This document shows, in pieces, positions 1-7,328 of a stretch of DNA of 24,125 nucleotides. The notes beneath the pieces are model-generated. The model was not told the DNA's origin. It searched no databases and saw only the letters and a list, made by a program, of their open reading frames with translations. The stretch comes from Desulfobacterales bacterium (GTDB taxonomy: Bacteria; Desulfobacterota; Desulfobacteria; Desulfobacterales; B30-G6), in the NCBI GenBank assembly GCA_033791325.1, contig JASJGV010000611.1, positions 1 to 24,125 on the forward strand, given 5' to 3'. Numbering within the stretch: position 1 is the first letter of the stretch; every line of letters begins with the position of its first letter. Made by a program: the position numbers and the translations under genes.

Positions 1-76
1 TCGTGTGTCATTTGTCCTGCGGACGACATTAGGCCTGCGGGCGTCATTTATTGTTGCTCAACGCTTCGGGCCGACC
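1..76 (-). repeat. Mini-hairpin array module (18-bp units AATGAC/AATGTC + 4-bp stem + GNA loop), truncated by window start
   Basis: Reverse complement reads aatgacgcccgcaggcct aatgtcgtccgcaggaca aatgacacacga, similar to 4988-5060 and 15337-15400. Confidence 0.8.
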
Positions 77-185
77 TATAGGGGTTGTCAGAAAAACGTT
101 CCGATTGAGGACCGTTTTTCTGCTACAAACCCTTATGCCGCCATCCTATTTTCGGAACATTATTAGGACAAGCGGTATAAAACTT
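77..185 (+). repeat. ~109-bp dispersed hairpin element (family R, MITE-like), copy 1
   Basis: 106/109 identical to 16467-16575. Internal 10-bp perfect stem cagaaaaacg/cgtttttctg inside a longer imperfect hairpin. Confidence 0.95.
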
Positions 186-204
186 AACACATAAAACTTA
201 ACAC
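177..204 (+). repeat. Exact 14-bp tandem duplication (ataaaacttaacac x2) at the right end of family R copy 1
   Basis: 177-190 and 191-204 are identical. Confidence 0.9.
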
Positions 205-313
205 GATTCCCAATAGGCTTTTAGGGATTTAGACTGTAGCCAGTTAGGCGCTTACTGCTTATAGCTTTCAGCCACCCTCCAAACCTCCGACCCTTGTATC
301 ACCCTCGAACCCT
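205..313 (-). repeat. Mosaic intergenic repeat (8-mer AGGGTTGG/AGGGTTCG module + 7-mer GCTGAAA module)
   Basis: 291-313 is the exact reverse complement of 4880-4902; 255-272 is the exact reverse complement of 4920-4937. Confidence 0.9.
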
Positions 314-317
314 CTTT

Positions 318-782
318 TTATTCTCCGTGTAGTACTTTCAGCTTGGCATCGATGAGCTGTTTATGAGATAGACGCAACAGATTTTTTAGCTTGTTCATCA
401 GATAGTGCTCATACTGGTCCATCTTGCCATCCACATAAACAATGCGCCAGAGAGTCTCGACAATTTCAATTTTCTCCTCGTTGGTATAATTTTCGTTGAT
501 CAGTTTTGCAAACTGCCACAGGTCAAGGCTTTTGTTCAACTCGGCCTCGGCTTCTGCAACCAGTGCATCGGCGTGCTCCTTTGAAAGATCATATTTATCT
601 TTGAGTATCGAGAGAACGGTTTCCAGCTCGTCTTGGGTAAACGTCTCATCGATACGTGCAATTTCTACAAGAAGCGCACATGTGGCAACCTTGATATCGT
701 GCTCCCTGTTCTGACCCGCCCCCGGTACCAGTGGATCATCTCCCAGCGCTTTTGTAAAAAACCGTTTCAATGAATTCATCAT
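318..782 (-). CDS. TerB family (tellurite-resistance/DjlA N-terminal-like) protein
   Basis: 154 aa with ATCALLVEIARIDETF, LWRIVYVDGKMDQYEHYLMNKLKNLL, the typical TerB-like helical pattern. Confidence 0.85.
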   Translation of the reverse strand: MMNSLKRFFTKALGDDPLVPGAGQNREHDIKVATCALLVEIARIDETFTQDELETVLSILKDKYDLSKEHADALVAEAEAELNKSLDLWQFAKLINENYTNEEKIEIVETLWRIVYVDGKMDQYEHYLMNKLKNLLRLSHKQLIDAKLKVLHGE

Positions 783-816
783 ATCTATTCATCCTTTTGT
801 AATACAGCCGTCGAGT

Positions 817-858
817 TGTACCCATATTCCCGATACCAAGAAAGCCAATATGTGCCAT
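817..858 (-). pseudogene. N-terminal fragment of a Rossmann-fold dehydrogenase (3-hydroxyisobutyrate/6PGD or ProC-like)
   Basis: Reads MAHIGFLGIGNMGT (GxGxMG dinucleotide-binding start), then loses similarity and runs out of frame into terB, stopping at 736. Only 14 codons. Confidence 0.55.
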
Positions 859-911
859 AATCATAGCCGTTAGACTTGTGGCGGTCTGATAACAAACCCG
901 TCCAGGAAGTC

Positions 912-983
912 AGCATCAAAACGTGTTTGGAGATTTAGTCAGACGGGTGGTGACACGCCAAAAAACCGACCCAAGAGGTAAAG
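912..983 (-). pseudogene. C-terminal fragment of a HigA-family antitoxin with a nonsense codon at the conserved Trp
   Basis: Reads LYLLGRFFGVSPPV*LNLQTRFDA, compared with the HigA-type pattern LRLGRFFGxSPxFWLNLQxRYD. TGA at 939-941; no N-terminal HTH or start seen. Confidence 0.7.
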
Positions 984-1013
984 ACGGGTCTGACTGAAAG
1001 AGACAGGCAGGTA

Positions 1014-1331
1014 TCAGGAGAATCGAAAAAGAACGTCTTCAAAATTCTTTATTTTCCCCCTGTTGAACTCGATCCCTTCGTCCTTGAGCATGTTTATTTT
1101 TTTCTGTATCTCGGCTCCAGATGTCTTTCCTTGAAATCCCCCAATCCGACCGGATGTGGCAACAACCCGATGTCAGGGCACCTCAGGCGCATATGGATTA
1201 TTTCGCATGACCTGCCCGACGCCCTGATATGCCTTGGTATCCAGAGCATGGGCAATTTCTTTATAGGTTGTCACACGCCCTTTAGGTACCTTCCTTAACA
1301 GGTCATAGGCTTTATCGGCAAACGTTTTCAT
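1014..1331 (-). CDS. O6-methylguanine-DNA alkyltransferase (MGMT family), predicted selenoprotein with Sec53 at the catalytic Cys
   Basis: MKTFADKAYDLLRKVPKGRVTTYKEIAHALDTKAYQGVGQVMRNNPYAPEVP(TGA)HRVVATSGRIGGFQGKTSGAEIQKKINMLKDEGIEFNRGKIKNFEDVLFRFS. TGA at 1173-1175; frame intact on both sides. ATG overlaps the upstream stop (ATGA, 1328-1331). Family call is strong; Sec recoding is inferred. Confidence 0.85.
1141..1159 (-). promoter_or_regulatory. Candidate bacterial SECIS element for the MGMT UGA
   Basis: cca-c-atcc[ggtc]ggat-tgg: 7-bp stem with one bulge. G-led loop begins 21 nt after the UGA. Confidence 0.65.
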
Positions 1332-1765
1332 TGTTTATTCCTCTCTTCTAGGTCGCGAATACTTTTTCTTATTTCAGCCGGAATCGGCACTTTCTTATTG
1401 TTTTGATAATCAAATGTAACCAGAACGCCTTCTCCCATGGCTGCTATTTTCTTAAACCTATGACTGATTACAGCATACTTCATTATAAACCGATCATCTT
1501 CTATGGCATCCACTTTGGCTCCCACCATGACATGATCCGGATAGGTTAACGGAATTTTGTATATGCATTGAGTAGACGCAAGTATGGGGCCAATGCCTGT
1601 TTTGTTCATGACCGCCAGAAAATTAATTTTTTCAAAATATGAAATCCGTGCGCTTTCAAAAAGTTTGAAATACACGACATTGTTAACATGCTGAAATGCA
1701 TCCATGTCACCCCAGGCTATCGGCGAATCAATCACCACTGGATAGTCACTAATGAGTTCTTTCAT
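1328..1765 (-). CDS. Acyl-CoA thioesterase, hot-dog fold (YbgC/FadM/4HBT family)
   Basis: WGDMDAFQHVNNVVYFKLFESARISYF motif. Start re-called at MKELISDY (ATG 1765, after GGTGGTGA). Confidence 0.9.
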   Translation of the reverse strand: MKELISDYPVVIDSPIAWGDMDAFQHVNNVVYFKLFESARISYFEKINFLAVMNKTGIGPILASTQCIYKIPLTYPDHVMVGAKVDAIEDDRFIMKYAVISHRFKKIAAMGEGVLVTFDYQNNKKVPIPAEIRKSIRDLEERNKQ

Positions 1766-1778
1766 TTTATCACCACCG

Positions 1779-1833
1779 TTTGAACCGAAATAGCAAGCGC
1801 ATTCCCCTATCCTGCCGCAAGGTTCTTCAATCA
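1779..1833 (-). repeat. Dispersed repeat family S, short copy
   Basis: Reverse complement begins tgattgaagaacct (14 bp identical to 12160-12173) and ends cggttcaaa (identical to 12297-12305). Confidence 0.8.
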
Positions 1834-3354
1834 CCTATAATCCCGGTAATCCACCCCACATTGCTTGGCCTTGTAGGCAAATTTTCGTACCGTTGTCTGA
1901 AGCAGTTCGGCAGCCAGGGTTATATTGCCCCGCATGTTTTTCAAAGCATCGATAATCATCTCCCGCTCGAGCTTATTGACGGCATCTTCCAGGGACAATG
2001 CCGGCAGGGTATCGGTTTCTTTACCGGTTTGCAGGGTCGGGGGCAGATGATAGCCGTGAATCACGCCCCCGTCACATAGCAGAACAGCCCGTTCAATACA
2101 ATTTTCCAACTCTCTGACGTTACCCGGCCAGTGGTATTCCACCATCATGTCGATGGCCGGTGTTGAAAGCCGCTTGATCTCTTTGTTGTTCTCCCGCACA
2201 TATTTTTCCAGGAAATAATCTGCCAGGAGCAGTACATCGGTCTTGCGTTCCCGCAAGGGCGGCATATAGATCGGGAATACATTCAGGCGGTAATACAAAT
2301 CCCCCCTGAAGCTGCTGTCCTCAACCGACTCTTCCAGATTCTTGTTCGTGGCGGCGATGACCCGCACATCGCACTTAATGGTTCGATGGCCACCCACGCG
2401 TTCAAACTCTCTTTCTTGGAGAACCCGCAGGAGCCGGACCTGAACATCGAGATCGATGGCGCCGATTTCATCCAGGAAGATAGTGCCCTTGTGTGCCTGT
2501 TCAAATTTGCCTAGCTTTTGCTTGATGGCACCGGTAAAGGCGCCTTTTTCGTGACCAAACAACTCACTTTCGATGAGGTTGGCAGGCAGGGCCGCACAAT
2601 TAACTTTGATAAAAGGGCTTTTAACCCTCAGACTATTGTAATGAATCGAATTGGCTACCAGTTCCTTGCCGGTGCCACTTTCTCCCCTGATCAAAACCGT
2701 GGCATTGCTCCTGGAAACCTGCGTTATCATTTGAAAAACATCCCGCATCTTGTTGCTGTTGCCGATCATGTCGGTAACGCGGTATTTCTTTTCGAGTTCA
2801 CCCCGCAGACGTTTGTTTTCCTCGCCAAGACGGTCTTTTTCCAGCCGAACTCTCTCCAGGTTGATCACATGCCTCGCCAGCATGGTGGCGACAACGGATA
2901 ATAATTTTCCACCCTCTTTCAGATCGTAGGCTTCATCAAAAGGTTTGTCTACACTGAAAGCCCCAATGACCTGATTCCCCTTTATAATAGGGGTACAGAT
3001 AAACGACATTTCCTGATCTATTTTCTTCCTGCGGGATGTTGTCCGGTTGAGAAACAGGGGCTCCTTGCTTATTTTCGGTATCGTCAACGCCTTGCCGGTC
3101 TGGAAAACCCGCCCGGTGATACCTTCTCCGATCTTATATCTGACGCTTTCGACATCTCGTTTTGAAAGACCGTGGGCCACCTCAATATTAATTTCGTTTT
3201 TTAAAGGGTCCAGTATGGTGACGGTCCCACGAACCATGTTCATAGAATTGGACAAAATATCCAGAACCCGGTATAAGGATTTTTTAAGATCCAGGTGGGC
3301 ATTCAGCGCGACACTGATTTCGTATAGAAGGGTCACTTCTTCAATTTTTTTCAT
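1831..3354 (-). CDS. NifA-like sigma54-dependent activator (GAF + AAA+ + Fis-type HTH)
   Basis: Walker [19 protein letters not shown], Walker [28 protein letters not shown]; N-terminal GAF; C-terminal HTH. Confidence 0.95.
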   Translation of the reverse strand: MKKIEEVTLLYEISVALNAHLDLKKSLYRVLDILSNSMNMVRGTVTILDPLKNEINIEVAHGLSKRDVESVRYKIGEGITGRVFQTGKALTIPKISKEPLFLNRTTSRRKKIDQEMSFICTPIIKGNQVIGAFSVDKPFDEAYDLKEGGKLLSVVATMLARHVINLERVRLEKDRLGEENKRLRGELEKKYRVTDMIGNSNKMRDVFQMITQVSRSNATVLIRGESGTGKELVANSIHYNSLRVKSPFIKVNCAALPANLIESELFGHEKGAFTGAIKQKLGKFEQAHKGTIFLDEIGAIDLDVQVRLLRVLQEREFERVGGHRTIKCDVRVIAATNKNLEESVEDSSFRGDLYYRLNVFPIYMPPLRERKTDVLLLADYFLEKYVRENNKEIKRLSTPAIDMMVEYHWPGNVRELENCIERAVLLCDGGVIHGYHLPPTLQTGKETDTLPALSLEDAVNKLEREMIIDALKNMRGNITLAAELLQTTVRKFAYKAKQCGVDYRDYR

Positions 3355-3453
3355 CTTACATCCCTGATAACGACATTGTTAAGGAGATCCTTAGTAACAT
3401 TTTTGTAATAATTTGCAACAATAAATTCAAATTTGTAGGACAGGTGTTTTTGC

Positions 3454-4632
3454 ATGATCATTCATGTCGACATGGACGCTTTCTATGCATCGGTGGAGCA
3501 ACTGGACAATCCAGACCTGAAAGGCCAGTGCGTCATGGTGGGTGGCACCACAAACCGGGGTGTGGTGTCGGCTGCCAGCTACGAAGCTCGAAAATTCGGT
3601 GTCCACTCCGCCATGCCCATTTTCCAGGCAAAACAGAAATGCCCCGACGGTGTCTTTGTACCGCCCAGAATGTCCCGCTACAAGGCTATTTCTCGGCACA
3701 TCATGACCATACTGAAAGGATTTTCCCCGTTGGTTGAGATGGTGTCCATCGACGAAGCTTATATCGATATCTCCGGATGCACTCAAATCCTGGGCTCCCC
3801 CCGAGAGATAGCACTCACCATAAAGAAAAGGGTTTTAAAAGAGACCTTTTTGACCTGTTCGGTGGGGGTTGCACCGGTGCGGTTTTTAGCCAAGATTGCT
3901 TCTGACCTGGACAAGCCTGACGGGCTTACCATGATTCGTCCAGATCAGGTAGACGATTTTATTGATTCCCTTGCAATCCGGAAAGTTCCCGGCGTGGGCA
4001 AAAAAAGCACAGAGCAGCTCAACCGGCTCGGCGTTCGCTTTCTCGGCGACATCAAACAGTATCCAAAAGATATGCTCACAAAACGACTGGGCAAATTCGG
4101 ACATCGACTGGTTGAGCTATCCTACGGGATAGACACAACACCGGTATCTCCTGAATCAGAGCATAAGTCCGTCAGTTCAGAGATTACCCTTTCAAAAAAC
4201 ACCCTGGACACACGTTATCTTAAACAGACACTCCTTCAACAATCGGAACAGGTAAGCAAGGAGCTTAGAAAAATGGGTGTCAAAGCCAAGGTGGTAACGC
4301 TGAAGCTGAAACATGAAGATTTTAAACAGATCACACGCCGTATTACGATCCAGACACCAACACAGTCTACAAAAACCCTTTATAAGGAAGCAACCGGGCT
4401 TCTGGATCAATACAGCCTGACCCGGAAAGTCCGGCTGGTGGGCGTAGGGGCTTCGGGTTTTATCAGCGAAGCCGAACCTGTTCAGATGGGTATCTTTGAC
4501 AAAACACCGGCCAAGAGCCGAAATTGGGAACAGGTCGATAAAACCCTCGACCACATCGACAAGAAGTTTGGAAAGGATGTTGTTCGTCGGGCTTCCTTGT
4601 CACGCGGATCGAAAAAAGAAACCTCTTCTTGA
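3454..4632 (+). CDS. dinB: DNA polymerase IV (Y family)
   Basis: IIHVDMDAFYASVE, VSAASYEARKFGVHSAMP, SIDEAYID, AKIASDLDKPDG. Confidence 0.97.
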   Translation: MIIHVDMDAFYASVEQLDNPDLKGQCVMVGGTTNRGVVSAASYEARKFGVHSAMPIFQAKQKCPDGVFVPPRMSRYKAISRHIMTILKGFSPLVEMVSIDEAYIDISGCTQILGSPREIALTIKKRVLKETFLTCSVGVAPVRFLAKIASDLDKPDGLTMIRPDQVDDFIDSLAIRKVPGVGKKSTEQLNRLGVRFLGDIKQYPKDMLTKRLGKFGHRLVELSYGIDTTPVSPESEHKSVSSEITLSKNTLDTRYLKQTLLQQSEQVSKELRKMGVKAKVVTLKLKHEDFKQITRRITIQTPTQSTKTLYKEATGLLDQYSLTRKVRLVGVGASGFISEAEPVQMGIFDKTPAKSRNWEQVDKTLDHIDKKFGKDVVRRASLSRGSKKETSS

Positions 4633-4772
4633 CGCAAGGCCGGCAAACTATTATTGAAGGCAGGGAAATTTGAGGGTCTGGGGATTCAATAGTTGCCAAG
4701 AGCCAAGTGTATTCGACAGCTCCCCGACCTCATCGTATCCAAGCATCTCAGTCTTTGAAAGGCTTGAGAAAG

Positions 4773-4858
4773 AGAATATCGAATAATGAACAAGGAACCG
4801 CAGAATGATGAAGGATGCACTTGGACATTCGATATTTCTTGTTCGATATTCTGCGGTT
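4773..4858. repeat. Imperfect inverted repeat built from 7-bp-period units (GAATATC/GAACAAG type)
   Basis: aaccgcagaat (4796-4806) pairs with attctgcggtt (4848-4858); agaatatcgaa (4773-4783) pairs with ttcgatattct (4843-4853). Confidence 0.75.
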
Positions 4859-4879
4859 TAAATATAGTATTATAAACAA

Positions 4880-5104
4880 AGGGTTCGAGGGTGATACAAG
4901 GGCTGAAGGATGAAGGGTCGCTGAAAGCTATAAGCAGAAAGCATTAAGCCATAAGCAGTTTATAGCTTACCGCTAAAAGCAACAAAAAATGACGCGCGAA
5001 GCGTTAATGTCGTCCGCTAGGACAAATGACAGCCGAAGGCTAAATATCGCCTGCAGGGCAAAGGGTACCCAACAGCCTACAGCCGAAACCCCTAATAGCC
5101 TATT
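4880..5104 (+). repeat. Longest mosaic intergenic repeat (8-mer module, 7-mer module, four 18/19-bp mini-hairpin units, CAGCCTA module)
   Basis: Shares exact 16-23 bp blocks with 255-313 (inverted) and 15387-15422 (direct, same offset). Confidence 0.9.
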
Positions 5105-5121
5105 TTAGAAAGGAAAATAAT

Positions 5122-7071
5122 ATGGCCGGTGGGTATATGGGCAAATATTGTATTATCGATCTTGGATCTCAAGCAGTGGAAACCATTGAACCGGGTGATG
5201 ACTTCTATCGCAAATATCTGTCCGGGTATGGATTGGGTGCCGCCGTCATCATGGAAAGACAGAAGCCGGGTCTCGACCCTTTTTCACCGGAAAGCTACCT
5301 CGGGTTCTGTTCCGGTCTTTTAACCGGAACCCGGGCTTTTTTTTCCGGTCGTTTACTTGTCGTTGGTAAATCGCCATTGACCGGTGGATGGGGGGATGCC
5401 AATGCCGGTGGCTTTTTATCCAGGGAATTGAAGCGAACAGGATATGATGCGATCTTTTTTACCGGGAAAGCAGCAGCGCCTACCTGGGTGGATATCACGG
5501 AGCAGGGATTTACTTTCCATGATGCTGCGAACATCTGGGGAAAGAACATCATCGAAACAGAACGACTCATCAAGGATATGATCGAGGACAAGTGGACACA
5601 GATCGCTTCCATCGGCCAAGGCGGTGAAAATCTTTCACGGATATCCGGTATCGCAACAGACCGCGGAAGAATTGCGGCAAGATCAGGTCTTGGTGCCGTT
5701 ATGGGTTCGAAAAACCTGAAAGCCGTGGCATTTCACGGACAGGCTAAAATACCCGTAGCACGACCCGATGCTCTCAAATCTATCAACCGCAAATTTCTGG
5801 AGGACTATAAAAAGTCTAAACTATCTGACAGACTGACGGTTCGTTACATGCATACAGTAAGCAAAATCATTGCCCGTACAGGCATTTCAGTTCCATCGCA
5901 ACCCTCAACCTTACGAGAGCTATACAGACAATACGGGACACCGGGTCTGACGGTTTATTCCGCCATGACCGGGGACATGCCCATAAAAAACTGGAGCGGT
6001 GTGGGCATCACCGATTATTCCTATGAAAGTGCCGCCAAAAATTCGGATAAAAATGTTACCAGATACCAGAAACGAAAATATGCCTGCCAATCCTGCCCCC
6101 TTGGCTGCGGGGGTATCATCGAAATTGAAAAGGGTCGTTTTAAAGGTACCCATGGTCATAAGCCCGAGTATGAGACCCTGGGTGCTTTTGGCGGTCTGCT
6201 ACTGAATGATGACCTGGACACCATCATCGAACTGAACGAGATGTGCAATCGTGCCGGCATCGATACCATTTCCGCCGGAGGCGTCATGGCCTTTACCATC
6301 GAATGCTTTGAAAATGGTCTGATCGATACAACAGACACCGATGGGTTGATCCTTGAATGGGGCAAGCCGGATGCCCTTGTCCAACTTCTTGAAAAAATCA
6401 TCGACCGAAACGGCATCGGCAACACCCTTGCAGACGGGGTAAAGATAGCCGCCGAAAAAATAGGAAAGGATTCCGCAAAATTCGCCATGCACGCTGGCGG
6501 GCAGGAACTCCCCATGCATGATTCCAGGTTCGACCCCGGATATGCTATCGCCTATGAGTGCGAACCCACCCCGGGACGTCACACCATCTCCTGCTACCAG
6601 TATGCCGGGTTGTTCGGTGTCGAGCACAGCTTTCCGGCTGCCAATCTCATGATCAAGAAAACAAAGGGCAAAATGGCCAGGAATGTCCGTCTTTATGCGG
6701 CAGGCTCTTTTTATATGCAGTTGCTAAACTGCGCCGGTATGTGCCTGTTTGGCGCCATGACCAGCCGGCTGCCACTGGTAGAATACTTCAATGCCGTCAC
6801 CGGGTGGGACCTTTCTGCAGATGCGTACTTCAAGTCCGGAGAGCGCATTTTGAGCCTGCGCAAAGCATTCAACGCCCGGGAAAACATTAAGCCCGGAGAC
6901 CACGCATTGAGCGGTCGGGCCGTGGGGGAAACACCCCTTGCCAGCGGCCCTTTGAAAGGCGTCACAATCGATATCCAAAACCTCCGGGAAGAATTTTTCA
7001 AAGTGGTGGGATGGGATCCGGCCACGGGGGGGCCTACACCTGCCAAGATGGAAGAACTGGGGATTGAGTAA
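5122..7071 (+). CDS. Aldehyde:ferredoxin oxidoreductase family tungstopterin enzyme
   Basis: KSPLTGGWGDANAGG, GLGAVMGSKNLKAV, CQSCPLGC 4Fe-4S motif, PEYET, GIDTIS, GMC fourth Cys. RBS AAAGGA upstream. Confidence 0.95.
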   Translation: MAGGYMGKYCIIDLGSQAVETIEPGDDFYRKYLSGYGLGAAVIMERQKPGLDPFSPESYLGFCSGLLTGTRAFFSGRLLVVGKSPLTGGWGDANAGGFLSRELKRTGYDAIFFTGKAAAPTWVDITEQGFTFHDAANIWGKNIIETERLIKDMIEDKWTQIASIGQGGENLSRISGIATDRGRIAARSGLGAVMGSKNLKAVAFHGQAKIPVARPDALKSINRKFLEDYKKSKLSDRLTVRYMHTVSKIIARTGISVPSQPSTLRELYRQYGTPGLTVYSAMTGDMPIKNWSGVGITDYSYESAAKNSDKNVTRYQKRKYACQSCPLGCGGIIEIEKGRFKGTHGHKPEYETLGAFGGLLLNDDLDTIIELNEMCNRAGIDTISAGGVMAFTIECFENGLIDTTDTDGLILEWGKPDALVQLLEKIIDRNGIGNTLADGVKIAAEKIGKDSAKFAMHAGGQELPMHDSRFDPGYAIAYECEPTPGRHTISCYQYAGLFGVEHSFPAANLMIKKTKGKMARNVRLYAAGSFYMQLLNCAGMCLFGAMTSRLPLVEYFNAVTGWDLSADAYFKSGERILSLRKAFNARENIKPGDHALSGRAVGETPLASGPLKGVTIDIQNLREEFFKVVGWDPATGGPTPAKMEELGIE

Positions 7072-7075
7072 AGGA

Positions 7076-7235
7076 ATGAACGTCGAACATCGAACGCCCA
7101 ACATCGAATGTTGAATTTGATATTTGGAGAAACAGACGTCGGTGTGGTTCCAATATCCCGTTTCATCGGGGGTTCGAAATTCTTCAATTTTTTCATTCGA
7201 TGTTCGACGTTCGATGTTGGATGTTGGACGTTCAT
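7076..7235. repeat. Long inverted repeat made of AACATCG-type heptads, between convergent AOR and racemase genes
   Basis: Left arm 7076-7110 atgaacgtcgaacatcgaacgcccaacatcgaatg. Right arm 7194-7235 is complementary with one extra heptad. Confidence 0.9.
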
Positions 7236-7328
7236 CTTCAAAAAAAATCATCAGATACCATCTCGGATGGATTTCCACCGAACCAGTGATGTCTATCCAC
7301 ACCAAAGCAGATGAATTCCTATGGCAGT

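Noticed and set aside
939-941. TGA in the HigA-like fragment as a third Sec codon
   Set aside because: It aligns with Trp (TGG to TGA), not a catalytic Cys, and the frame has no start.
4880-5104. CRISPR array interpretation of the periodic repeats
   Set aside because: Units are 7-19 bp with no unique 30-40 bp spacers, and there are no cas genes.
6711-7305. Minus-strand ORFs of 176 and 193 aa (MKMNVQHPTSNVEHR..., ...RPTSNIERRTSNE...)
   Set aside because: Translations of the heptad inverted repeat plus the AOR antisense strand.
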